Notes: a model not told the origin generated them from the letters alone. Numbered from the stretch's first letter, positions 11,810 through 23,084 are shown. The stretch is 39,074 nucleotides of DNA from Octopus bimaculoides (GCF_001194135.2 NC_068986.1:27643547-27682620); one strand, 5' to 3'. A program made the numbers and translations.

Positions 11810-12180
11810 TCCAACTGTCTGCCTATTTTTCTGTCTGTCTGTCTTTCTTTCTGTCTGTCAGTTCCTCAGGTTATCTACCTGTCCGTTCATCCGTTCATCC
11901 GTTCATCTGATACCCTATCGGTCTATTTGTCTCACCATCTGACCTCTTCTGTACCTGTCTGACAGTCTATCCATCTTAACCACTTGTCTGTTCGTCTGTC
12001 AGTCATTCTGGCCAACTGTCTATCTGTCTGTCTGTCTGTCCATCAAACTGCCTGCCTGTTTGTCTAACCAGTCATCAAGCCAACTCGCTCTCTCTCTCTC
12101 TGACCATATGTCTGTTGGTCAATCTATCCATTTGACCATCCGTCTGCCTGACCGTCTGTTAATTTGTCCATCTGCTGTTC
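11810..12180. repeat. Decayed (TCTG/TCCA)n-like tetranucleotide tract
   Basis: Recurring ctgt/ccat/tcta units with many substitutions. Confidence 0.6.
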
Positions 12181-12185
12181 TATCT

Positions 12186-12345
12186 GAAGTCAACTTTGTT
12201 TTTCATCCTTTTTTGGGGTGGAGGAGAGGGTGGGGGTGGTATTTTAATGAAATAAGTACCAGTGAAGTACTGGGGTCGATGTACTTGGCTTACCCCTCCC
12301 CTCAAACTGCTATCCCAAAATTTGAAACCATCATTATTATTATTC
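12186..12345 (+). mobile_element. Family C SINE fragment
   Basis: gtcaactttg..tttcatcc...ataagtaccagt..agtactggggtcgat...attattatt tail is shared with the copies at 32400-32950. Confidence 0.7.
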
Positions 12346-12568
12346 TTCAGCCTTCTTCAAAAGTCATCTGCTACTACTGCTGCTACTACTACTATTACTA
12401 CTATTAACCCTCCCATCACCACCACCTTACAACTACTAACTTCCACCACCATCATGACTATTAGACCTAAAAAAATCCACCGATATTCCACCTGCATCAC
12501 CTCTTTTCACTGCACTGCAAAAAATATCCAAGACCTTACAGACTTGGCTAAGAAATCTTCATTGTTAT

Positions 12569-12577
12569 AGAGAGAGA

Positions 12578-12641
<64 letters not shown>
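12569..12641. repeat. (GA)n microsatellite
   Basis: Direct reading. Confidence 0.97.
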
Positions 12642-12645
<4 letters not shown>

Positions 12646-13074
12646 AAGACTGAGTGACAATGTTAAAACTCTCTTTCTATCTCTCTGTTTGTCTCTCTCT
12701 CTCTCTTTCTAACACACACATGCACACACATTCATTCATTCATCCATGCATACATGTGACACACACACACATGATGAAAGATTCTAAGGAAGGAGTCTGT
12801 GTGTCTCTCTGTCCATATCCATCTCTATCTCTCTCTCTCTTTCTCTCTGTACCTCTCTTTTTGCCATATTTGATGCTACATCATGGACCAGTTACTGCTG
12901 TGACCTGCTGCTATCTTATTCAAAATCTTCAGTCTACATGTACATGCACACACAACCCAAGCACACACACACACACATTATTTATAGACATTCACTGATA
13001 TACTTGCTTTTTTATATATACTGTGTTTATTATTCACTCTTGTTTCTATCACATACACTTATATATTTGCTAAA

Positions 13075-13120
13075 CACACACACACACACATACATAGATA
13101 CATATGTATATATGTGTGCA

Positions 13121-13171
<51 letters not shown>

Positions 13172-13280
13172 ATGTATAGGATAGATATGTGTGGGTGTGT
13201 ATATATATATATGTATATNNNNNNNNNNTATATATATGTATATACATATGATGTATATATATATGCGTATATTTGTGTGA

Positions 13281-13324
<44 letters not shown>

Positions 13325-13613
13325 GGGTGTGTATGTATATATATATGATGTATATATATATGTGTATATTTGTGTGAATATGTGTATATATATATGTGTG
13401 CGTATACATATATGTCTACACACACGCACTCACATATATATATATGCATACACACACACACACACATTTGTTTTTGTGATTTCTTTCTTATGGAGGAGAT
13501 TATTAGCTTTTCTCCCGCATATCTTATGTCTAATCCATCTTTTCTTGTGCTTGCGCATCTGTGTGTGTATGCGTGCGTGCATGTATGTATGTATGTGTGC
13601 GTGCGTGCATGCA

Positions 13614-13660
<47 letters not shown>
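13075..13660. repeat. Compound TA/TG/CA tract with a ~45-bp higher-order duplication
   Basis: gatgtatatatatatg(c/t)gtatatttgtgtgaatatgtgt occurs at about 13250 and about 13347. Confidence 0.9.
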
Positions 13661-13663
<3 letters not shown>

Positions 13664-14271
13664 CACTTACTTTCTTCTTAGATTAAATATCTCCTTTATT
13701 TTTCCCCACCTATTATTCTGACCCCTGTCATGNNNNNNNNNNNNNNNNNNNNNNNNNNNNNNNNNNNNNNNNNNNNNNNNNNNNNNNNNNNNNNNNNNNN
13801 NNNNNNNNNNNNNNNNNNNNNNNNNNNNNNNNNNNNNNNNNNNNNNNNNNNNNNNNNNNNNNNNNNNNNNNNNNNNNNNNNNNNNNNNNNNNNNNNNNNN
13901 NNNNNNNNNNNNNNNNNNNNNNNNNNNNNNNNNNNNNNNNNNNNNNNNNNNNNNNNNNNNNNNNNNNNNNNNNNNNNNNNNNNNNNNNNNNNNNNNNNNN
14001 NNNNNNNNNNNNNNNNNNNNNNNNNNNNNNNNNNNNNNNNNNNNNNNNNNNNNNNNNNNNNNNNNNNNNNNNNNNNNNNNNNNNNNNNNNNNNNNNNNNN
14101 NNNNNNNNNNNNNNNNNNNNNNNNNNNNNNNNNNNNNNNNNNNNNNNNNNNNNNNNNNNNNNNNNNNNNNNNNNNNNNNNNNNNNNNNNNNNNNNNNNNN
14201 NNNNNNNNNNNNNNNNNNNNNNNNNNNNNNNNNNNNNNNNNNNNNNNNNNNNNNNNNNNNNNNNNNNNNNN

Positions 14272-14304
<33 letters not shown>

Positions 14305-14838
14305 TGAATTTGATGAAGTTACTTTGTGATTAGTTATTCATTGACTGACTTAACAGCTAATATACCTTTTGAAGATAACATTCACTCACTCACTCAGTCA
14401 CTTCTATCATTTCATTCACTCCTACTCTCTCTCTTTCTCTCTCCATCCACCCCTCAGTCTTCCTACCCCATTCGCTACTTACTTCTGTGGCAATTCCTCA
14501 TGCAGCTAATTACAAACTGGAGGAGTTGATGTCTGTTTGTATTGAAACCTTGCCCACATACATTAATTACATGTTGCCCTTGATCACAGCACAATTTATT
14601 TTCACACACACACACACATTTCCCCATTCCAAGTGAGTACCTACCCTTCTCATTTTACACTCGAGCGCTTTCCGTTAGTTAGCTGTGACTATTTACGCAC
14701 TCATCTGTCCATTCATCCGTTCAACTAAATGATCTCCAGAATAAATCTTTGGAACTTTCCAACTGTTTCACTTGGCAGCATAATCTGGTTCTGTTGTTTA
14801 GACCTATGATCCAAATCATTCCAACCATGGCTATCCTG

Positions 14839-15008
14839 TCTCTCTCTCCCCTCTTGCTCTCCCTTCTTGCTCTCCCTCTCTCTCCCCTCTTGCTCTCCCT
14901 CTCTCTCCCCTCTTGCTCTCCCTCTCTCTCCCCTCTTGCTCTCCCTCTCTCTCCCCTCTCTCTCTCCTCTTGCTCTCCCTCTCTCTCCTCTTGCTCTCCC
15001 CCCTTGCT
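14839..15008. repeat. Pyrimidine minisatellite, ~22-24 bp unit ctctctctcccctcttgctctcc
   Basis: cttgct recurs seven times; the array runs into a gap. Confidence 0.9.
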
Positions 15009-15783
15009 NNNNNNNNNNNNNNNNNNNNNNNNNNNNNNNNNNNNNNNNNNNNNNNNNNNNNNNNNNNNNNNNNNNNNNNNNNNNNNNNNNNNNNNNNNNN
15101 NNNNNNNNNNNNNNNNNNNNNNNNNNNNNNNNNNNNNNNNNNNNNNNNNNNNNNNNNNNNNNNNNNNNNNNNNNNNNNNNNNNNNNNNNNNNNNNNNNNN
15201 NNNNNNNNNNNNNNNNNNNNNNNNNNNNNNNNNNNNNNNNNNNNNNNNNNNNNNNNNNNNNNNNNNNNNNNNNNNNNNNNNNNNNNNNNNNNNNNNNNNN
15301 NNNNNNNNNNNNNNNNNNNNNNNNNNNNNNNNNNNNNNNNNNNNNNNNNNNNNNNNNNNNNNNNNNNNNNNNNNNNNNNNNNNNNNNNNNNNNNNNNNNN
15401 NNNNNNNNNNNNNNNNNNNNNNNNNNNNNNNNNNNNNNNNNNNNNNNNNNNNNNNNNNNNNNNNNNNNNNNNNNNNNNNNNNNNNNNNNNNNNNNNNNNN
15501 NNNNNNNNNNNNNNNNNNNNNNNNNNNNNNNNNNNNNNNNNNNNNNNNNNNNNNNNNNNNNNNNNNNNNNNNNNNNNNNNNNNNNNNNNNNNNNNNNNNN
15601 NNNNNNNNNNNNNNNNNNNNNNNNNNNNNNNNNNNNNNNNNNNNNNNNNNNNNNNNNNNNNNNNNNNNNNNNNNNNNNNNNNNNNNNNNNNNNNNNNNNN
15701 NNNNNNNNNNNNNNNNNNNNNNNNNNNNNNNNNNNNNNNNNNNNNNNNNNNNNNNNNNNNNNNNNNNNNNNNNNNNNNNNNNN

Positions 15784-16095
15784 GAAATTAACATGCAAGT
15801 GGCTGAGCACTCCATAGACACGTGTACCCTTAACATAGTTCTCGGGGATATTCAGCGTGACACAGTGTGACAAGGCTGACCCATTGAATTACAGGCACAA
15901 CAGAAACAGGAAGTAAGAGTGAGAGAAAGTTGTGGTGGAAGAGTACAGCAGGGTTCACCACCTTCCCCTGCCGGAGCCTCGTGGAGCTTTAGGTGTTTTC
16001 GCTCAATAAACACTCACAACGCCCGGTCTGGGAATCGAAACCGCGATCCTATGACCGCGAGTCCGCTGCCCTAACCACTGGGCCATTGCACCTCC
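15784..16095 (-). mobile_element. tRNA-derived SINE with intact Pol III A/B boxes (family D, young copy; 3' end lost in gap)
   Basis: On the minus strand, A box TGGCCCAGTGG at 16075-16085 and B box GGTTTCGATTCC at 16031-16042. CpGs are retained. The tail is shared with 9610-9730. Confidence 0.85.
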
Positions 16096-16139
16096 ACACA
16101 CATACACTACATACATATATACATACACTAACACACATG

Positions 16140-16266
16140 CACACAAGTTTCCTTCTAACAACTTCCCTCACTGGGCTAGGAGCTATAGTAAAAACGCTGC
16201 ACAGTAGGACTGAACCTGAAACCATATGGTTGCAAATTGAGCTTGTTTACTGTGCAGCCATACCTG
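16140..16266 (-). mobile_element. Degenerate family A SINE 5' fragment
   Basis: gctatagta...ggactgaacctgaaaccatatggttgc...gcttg...cagccatacctg aligns to the family A head. Confidence 0.65.
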
Positions 16267-17153
16267 TGTCTTTGTCTGAATATCTGATAAAGGATTCTAT
16301 TTAATTCAAAAGTTTGACCTCTGATCACTATCAAGGGTTCTACTTTTGTATATTGATCATAGACTTAGGCTGGATTTGAACTAGAAACCATTAGTTTAAA
16401 ACATATCTAAACTGTTTTGTAATATTCTTATTCACTAGTATGCTGATGCATGTACATTATCACCCTTTGTTTAGAGACAAAGTTCCTGAGTTCAAATCCG
16501 AGTCTGAGGTTTTGGTCAGACACTTAGAAGAATAAAATACCTGATGATCATTGGAGGTAGAATTGACTGAAACATTGTGTAATGTGGGAAATAGGCATTG
16601 TAAAGATTATAGTCTTTTTTTAAATAGTAAATCATGTTGAAAATTTTGACATTTATATGCGATGCTTCTGGGGGTAACATTCTGGAATGATGTAAAGTTC
16701 TAGCGGTGGGAGAGGAAGTTCTAGTGGTAGTGATGAGAAATAGCTGTGAATGATAGATGATTGTGTGTGTGTGTGTGTGAGAGAGAGATATTGAAATAAC
16801 AGATGTGTTATTTCAATCTCTTGAAAAGATGGTAGACAATAAGATGAAATGAAGTGAAGTGGTGTTAAAGCTATTATATTTTATTGCAGTAGAGTGTCAT
16901 TTCTGGGCATCAGATTCATTTATCTATTTCGAACATTAGAACCAGTGTGCAGCATATTCGGCAACATAGAGAAGACTAGAAGCAGTAGGCAAGATTTAAT
17001 GAAGGTAGCATTAGGCAAGAGGGGCTCTGATAGTCTGAATAGCCTGGGATTGGTTGGGAAATATTATAAGGAAAGGAGTGTGTTGGTGTGTTTTGAGATG
17101 ATGGCATTGGAATTAGCTTTTTCTGTGTGTATGTGTTTGTAGGGAACTCTTAA

Positions 17154-17397
17154 CCTTTCACTGTGGAAATCAGATATATCCTCTCAAAATTCCATTGCCC
17201 TTAACTGTGGAAAGCAGTTTTAAACACCAGTCTATTTTTTGTTCAGGAATGTCATGTTTGAAATTATTTCTTGTTGTGGAGAGATATCAAGTTTATCGAG
17301 GCAATGTGACTTGCAGAAAATACAAATTCTAGTTTACAGTAGATATTTGACATTACTGTTGGAATAACCATGAAATTTAATTTCCACAATCAAAGGG
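17154..17397. mobile_element. piggyBac-type MITE (family M2), TTAA target duplication
   Basis: TTAA at 17150-17153 and 17398-17401. Imperfect ~20-bp TIRs: CCTTTCACTGTGGAAATCA versus CCCTTTGATTGTGGAAATTA (reverse complement of the right end). Confidence 0.7.
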
Positions 17398-17624
17398 TTA
17401 ATCAAGGAATATGTGCAGTGTAGCTAATTTATGGTTGTATGTCTTCATTTCAAGTGTTTTCTATTGGTACTTATACACTTAGGTTCCAAGATCTTTGTCT
17501 TAAGTGTTTTGAGATTATACAGAGTTACTGCCTACTTAAACCTCTTTGAAATAAATGATCGTTATTGTTTGCAGCAGTTGAGTAAGGCAAAGCTTATTCT
17601 GTAAGCACTACATACAGTATGTGT

Positions 17625-17977
17625 ATCTGCATGAAGTAACCACATTGTCTTGAGTTCAGTTCCACTGCATGGTACCTTGGGCAAACGTCTTCCATTATAG
17701 CCCTGGGCCAGCCAGTGTCTTGTGAATAAATTTACAGATAGAAATTGTGTGGAAGTTAGTTGTGTGTGTGTGTGCACATGTTTGTGTTTACCTCTCACTG
17801 CTTGCCAGTGTTGGTTTGTTTACATCCCTGTGATTAACAGTTTGGCAAAGAGAGAGACTGATAGATTAAGTTCCAAACTCAGGATAAGTACTGGTGTTGA
17901 TTTTATTCTCTAAACCCTTTAAGGCACTGCTCCAGCATGGCCACAGTCCAATGGCCGAAACAAGCAAAAACAAAAAA
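17625..17977 (+). mobile_element. Family A SINE, near full length, diverged
   Basis: gagttcagttccactgcatggtaccttgggcaaacgtctt..., an internal (TG)n, and the tail gctccagcatggccacagtc...gaaacaagcaaaaac, as in 22074-22482. Confidence 0.8.
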
Positions 17978-18004
17978 TCCTGGATTGCATGCCTAGCCAT
18001 TGGT

Positions 18005-18163
18005 GCAGGCATGGCTGTGTGGTTAAGAACTTTGCCTTGCAATCCCACAGCTCCAGGTTTGGTTACACTGTATGACACTTTGAATAAGTGTTTTCTGTTC
18101 TAGCTGCAGTGGGTGAATTTGGTTGAGAGAAACTGTAAGAAGCTTATTGTATATATTTATATA
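18005..18163 (+). mobile_element. Family A SINE 5' half, interrupted by Tc1 at its TA-rich site
   Basis: gcaggcatggctgtgtggttaagaa...gacactttgaataagtgttttct...gagaaactgtaagaagc followed by a TA-rich tract. Confidence 0.7.
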
Positions 18164-18908
18164 CAGGGATTGGACAAAATAAATTTATTTTAATAGGGGT
18201 TTTTTTAAAGTTGGAAGAAGGCAGTCTGGGTCAAATGCTTCTTTTGGCTGTCTCCACACGTATACTCGGCCAGTGGTCGGAAATAAGGTAAAGGATGACT
18301 CGTCCGAGAAAATAACATTCTTTCACTGCTCTACGGACCAGTTCTGTAGGTTTTTACTCCACTCTAAATGCTTTGCAACATTTGTTTTTGAAAGTAGTGG
18401 TTTTCTAATTGCAGCCCTCCCGTGAATTCCGGCTTTGTGCAGCTCCTGGCAAACAGTTTTTGTGGAAACTAGGTTCTTGGGGGTGGTCATTAAGCTCTGC
18501 AGTAATTTTAGATGCTGTACTTTTGTTATCCTGTCTAAAACTGAAAGCTTCGGTTTTCTTCTAGAGTTTTGTTTCAACGAAAAAGTTTTTCCCTCTTTCT
18601 CAAAGGCTGTCATTACTTTCGAGACAGTACTTCTTGATACCCCAAACATTTTGGCTCTTTTCATCACACTAGCACCTGCCATACAAGCACCAACAATTTG
18701 ATCTCTTTGAAAGTCCGATAGATCTATCGTTTAAATGAATTTTAATTACCTTTTTCTGATGATATCTGAAAAGAAACAGCAATTTTAGCAAAACATATTA
18801 AGCAACACTAATAATAAATCATAAAACAAAAATAAACAAGCTTTGATGGTTTTATAGATATTTCAAAATTATGATGCTATGATGCTAGGTGTTTCCATTA
18901 TTTTGTTG
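18164..18908 (-). mobile_element. Internally deleted Tc1/mariner DNA transposon
   Basis: TA at 18162-18163 and 18909-18910. The left end is CAGGGATTGGACAAAATAA. The right end (reverse complement) is CA-ACAAAATAATGGAAACACC. A transposase relic lies inside. Confidence 0.9.
18203..18724 (-). pseudogene. Tc1-family transposase relic (paired-like HTH region through first D of DDE; stop codon, frameshifts, 3' deletion)
   Basis: Translates as DLSDFQRDQIVGACMAGAS...FGVSRSTVSKVM...GRAAIRKPLLSKTN...LEWSKNLQNWSVEQ*KNVIFSDESSFTLFPTTGRVYVWRQPKEAFDPDCLLPTLK. The conserved W is mutated to TGA at 18323-18325. KITAELNDH appears in a shifted frame. Confidence 0.92.
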
Positions 18909-19029
18909 TATATGGATGTGTATGTCTATATGTGTTTTGTTGTTTTGATATTTACACACTGATTGTAAACAAAGTTGCTGTTGATGAAAAGACAGCATCG
19001 TTTGTGTATAGTCTCTCATGAAAACATAC

Positions 19030-19190
19030 CTGGCTGTTGTGTTGATCATGTCTGAAGGACCAGTGGGAAAAATCATCATTCTTGGAATTGTTGATGGTTG
19101 GTGGCAGGCAGAACACCCAGCTGAAGGAAACCTGCTCCAGGGAATCACATCTGACTCATGCAAGCATGGAAAAGTGGATATTAAAACAAT
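19030..19190 (+). mobile_element. Degenerate family B-related repeat
   Basis: ggttggtggcaggcagaacacccagctg and catgcaagcatggaaaagtggatattaaa resemble the family B core and tail. Confidence 0.55.
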
Positions 19191-19366
19191 ATAACAACAG
19201 CCATAATAAAAAAAAAAAACTTGACATAAATGGAAGATTTCAAGGGCCCTCTCGGATTTTTTAGTGTCTACACAATAATCATGTAGGGCACTAGAAACCT
19301 GATGTAGTAAACCAGAACTTGTATACTTGATATTGTGAGCCAGTGTATACAACCTCCGTGTGTGTT

Positions 19367-19403
<37 letters not shown>

Positions 19404-20424
19404 TCATTTTCAGTTGTCAAAATAGCCTGCCATTTAGTTTTGCCCTTATACTGTTACATTTATTTTTCTATATTAGTGCTGGTTGAATGGTTCTCAATCT
19501 TTTTGCATTTCCATTTTCAGTTGTTTTTCCCTTCCTTCGCTATCCGTCCCCTCCCCTGTGTCCTCGTTTTCTTTCTTACTCTTCTATCCATTGGATTCTT
19601 TTCTTTGCTTCTAAGACTCATCCATGAAATTAATGCACTGTTTTCTTTTGACTGTATCAGCCAAACAAAATCTTGATACAGTGGCATTTTGAATGACGAG
19701 CCGACAGACACCTTTACAACAAGCTCAGTGGCTACAAGTTAGATGTTTATTATGCAGTGGTAGGAAGTATTGTACACAAATACAAGAGTGAGAGAGAGAG
19801 AGAGAATTGCATGTGTGTATATATATGTTTGTTTGTCTGTTTTTTGGTAAACATAGACAGAATTGTCGATAACCCAAAATCTGAGAGTAGGCCAAGAAAA
19901 GTATTGAACAAGATAGGTAACTGTTGACCTGAGAGGGAGATTGAGAGAAGTGAGGTTAACAACATATCAAGCAAGGTGATAGAGAGGCTTTCAAGCATAA
20001 ATTCATTTAACCTATATCATTATATTAAAGCAGCAGCAGCAGCTTATGATGATGATGATGATGTTTATGGTAGCAATTCCTCTTTTATAAAAAAAAAAAA
20101 AAAAAAATTTTTCCCAGTTTTCCTTTCATTTTCATTTTCACTTTTTCTCTTTTTTTTTTTTCAAGGGAAATCTAATTTGATCTTTAAAAAACAGTTTCAT
20201 TTTTTTTATTTTGTTTTGTTTTCTTTTCTTTTGTTTGCTAGTTTTCCCAATTATCACCGACCAATTTTTTTTCCCCCCCTTTTTTTCATATTCCAGACTG
20301 TTCTATTTCTACTACTTTCAAAATTTTTCTTACTGGCTTATCATCATCATTATTATTATTATTATTATGCATTTTTGCTGGTGTTATTGTTATCGTAGAT
20401 TGTTTACACAAACCATTTAAGTTG

Positions 20425-20524
20425 ATGTTTGCCGTTCTTCGCCTATCGTGTATTTTTTTTTACTTCTTTTGTAAAAATGGTTGTTTAAAACAAATAACTT
20501 ATCCCAGCCATCAAGCTATAAGTG
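20425..20524 (+). CDS. Candidate coding exon MFAVLRLSCIFFYFFCKNGCLKQITYPSHQAIS (phase-1 donor)
   Basis: The frame is open from ATG 20425 to a consensus donor GTG|GTAAGT at 20524/20525. It has a hydrophobic N-terminus and a local CpG cluster. No homology recognised. Confidence 0.25.
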
Positions 20525-20658
20525 GTAAGTTTAAAATACATCAAAAGATATACATGTACATACGTACGTACGTAAGTATGTATGTATGTATGTCCATCCC
20601 ACTCTCGGCTACTCTTTCTATCTCTATTGTATGTAACAAGTGTTTTATATATATATAC

Positions 20659-20712
<54 letters not shown>

Positions 20713-21533
20713 NNNNNNNNNNNNNNNNNNNNNNNNNNNNNNNNNNNNNNNNNNNNNNNNNNNNNNNNNNNNNNNNNNNNNNNNNNNNNNNNNNNNNNNN
20801 NNNNNNNNNNNNNNNNNNNNNNNNNNNNNNNNNNNNNNNNNNNNNNNNNNNNNNNNNNNNNNNNNNNNNNNNNNNNNNNNNNNNNNNNNNNNNNNNNNNN
20901 NNNNNNNNNNNNNNNNNNNNNNNNNNNNNNNNNNNNNNNNNNNNNNNNNNNNNNNNNNNNNNNNNNNNNNNNNNNNNNNNNNNNNNNNNNNNNNNNNNNN
21001 NNNNNNNNNNNNNNNNNNNNNNNNNNNNNNNNNNNNNNNNNNNNNNNNNNNNNNNNNNNNNNNNNNNNNNNNNNNNNNNNNNNNNNNNNNNNNNNNNNNN
21101 NNNNNNNNNNNNNNNNNNNNNNNNNNNNNNNNNNNNNNNNNNNNNNNNNNNNNNNNNNNNNNNNNNNNNNNNNNNNNNNNNNNNNNNNNNNNNNNNNNNN
21201 NNNNNNNNNNNNNNNNNNNNNNNNNNNNNNNNNNNNNNNNNNNNNNNNNNNNNNNNNNNNNNNNNNNNNNNNNNNNNNNNNNNNNNNNNNNNNNNNNNNN
21301 NNNNNNNNNNNNNNNNNNNNNNNNNNNNNNNNNNNNNNNNNNNNNNNNNNNNNNNNNNNNNNNNNNNNNNNNNNNNNNNNNNNNNNNNNNNNNNNNNNNN
21401 NNNNNNNNNNNNNNNNNNNNNNNNNNNNNNNNNNNNNNNNNNNNNNNNNNNNNNNNNNNNNNNNNNNNNNNNNNNNNNNNNNNNNNNNNNNNNNNNNNNN
21501 NNNNNNNNNNNNNNNNNNNNNNNNNNNNNNNNN

Positions 21534-21612
<79 letters not shown>

Positions 21613-21719
21613 TTTCTTTTAAATGTCTTTATAGTCATTGTGTAAATACATACACACATATGCATACGTGTGTGTGTGTGTGTGTATTCTGTATTAGTCT
21701 TGCTCTTTCTTTCACATAC

Positions 21720-21778
21720 CATCTTCTGGAATTTGTCCAAAGAGTTTTATTTGTTTCGTCTTCCACCGATCCTGTAGT
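21720..21778 (-). CDS. Candidate internal exon (LQDRWKTKQIKLFGQIPED)
   Basis: TAG acceptor with a weak pyrimidine tract and strong donor ATG|GTATGT. Phase-compatible with 23517-23539. No homology recognised. Confidence 0.25.
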
Positions 21779-22073
21779 CTACATTAACAAGTCTGTCTGT
21801 CTGACTGTCTGGTATTAATCAAAGAGATGTGACATCTTAAGTTCAAGTCCTGTTTGTGCTGATTTTTTTTGTCTATTCATCCCTACTATCTTCATCTAGG
21901 GCCCTCTCTGTGTCCAGGGGTCAGCTTGTGAAGGCTCTCCAACTCCCTCTATGTTGTGTTGCATACATACAATCTACTCTGCTCTAATGGGTAAGTATAA
22001 ACAAGTAAATCAACTTTGATGCTGAGCTGGCTTCCTTTTTTCTTTTTTTTTTCTTTCTGTTGCAAAGACACTT

Positions 22074-22221
22074 ATGGCTGTGTGGTAAAGAAGTTCACTT
22101 TGCAGTCACATAGCTTTGTGTTCAGTTCCCCCGTGTGGCACCTTGGGCAAGTGTCTTCTATAGTCATGGGCTGACCAAAGCCTTGTGAGTGGATTTCATA
22201 GACGGAAACTGAAAGAAGCTC

Positions 22222-22289
<68 letters not shown>

Positions 22290-22482
22290 TCCCCCCAACA
22301 TTGCTTGACAACCGATGCTGATGTGTTTATGTCCCCGTAACTTAACAGTTTAGCAAAAGAGACTGATATTATAAGTACTAGGCTTACAAAGAATGAGTCC
22401 TGGGGTCGATTTGCTCAACCAAAGGCAGTGCTCCAGTATGACCACAGTCAAATGACTGAAACAAGTAAAAGAATAAAAGAAT
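22074..22482 (+). mobile_element. Family A SINE, full length (~410 bp) with internal (TG)n
   Basis: tRNA-like head, CORE-like CACCTTGGGCAAGTGTCTT, (TG)n at 22224-22286, and 3' tail ending gaaacaagtaaaagaataaaagaata. Confidence 0.9.
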
Positions 22483-22559
22483 ATATGTGTGTGTGTGTTT
22501 TAGTGTTTCTTTGTTTAGGCATCATGTTAAAGTTGTAAATGGGTGTCACAAGTGCTGTT

Positions 22560-22700
22560 ATCCATTTCTAAACTTGTCCAGCCAAGAGAAAAATTTTACC
22601 TTGCTTGGAAACAGGTAAGGGTTGGCAACCAGGAGGCTATCTACTGCAATAAATTCCACTTGACCTATGCAAATATGGGAAAGTGTACATTAAGATGATG
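22560..22700 (+). mobile_element. Degenerate family B-related repeat
   Basis: gggttggcaaccaggaggctatc...cctatgcaaatatgggaaagtgtacattaagatgatg resembles the family B core and (ATG)n tail. Confidence 0.55.
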
Positions 22701-23084
22701 AAAATGATGAATGCAATGACAGCAGCATTGATGATGGTGAAAATAATGAAATTCCAATTTTTCCCCTCTCATATGGAGGGCCACCCCCTTAGCATCAAAT
22801 TGCTGCTTCTTTCCACTATATATGAACTTATCCAAACTCATAAGCTTCACCACTACACACAAGGTTTGCCAAGACTTGCAACAAAGTCATGAGTCTCATA
22901 ATTTTACTCATAATCTCATGTTTTCACAAGCGATATCTCATGCTTCCTTCAAAGACAAACTACAAGAAAAAAAATAATTCAAAGCATCTAATGACTTATC
23001 ATAGTCCTGATGTGCATTTTTGGCCTACTTGTAGCAGCAGCATCTATGGTTCAACTCATCAATCATACAGTTGGGAAATTTTCA

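Noticed and set aside
16020-16095. Possible tRNA gene
   Set aside because: A and B boxes are present, but there is no pairing acceptor stem and the sequence continues into a SINE body shared with another copy.
18885-19352. 155-aa minus-strand ORF next to the Tc1
   Set aside because: It crosses the Tc1 end and a family B repeat, with no recognisable domain.
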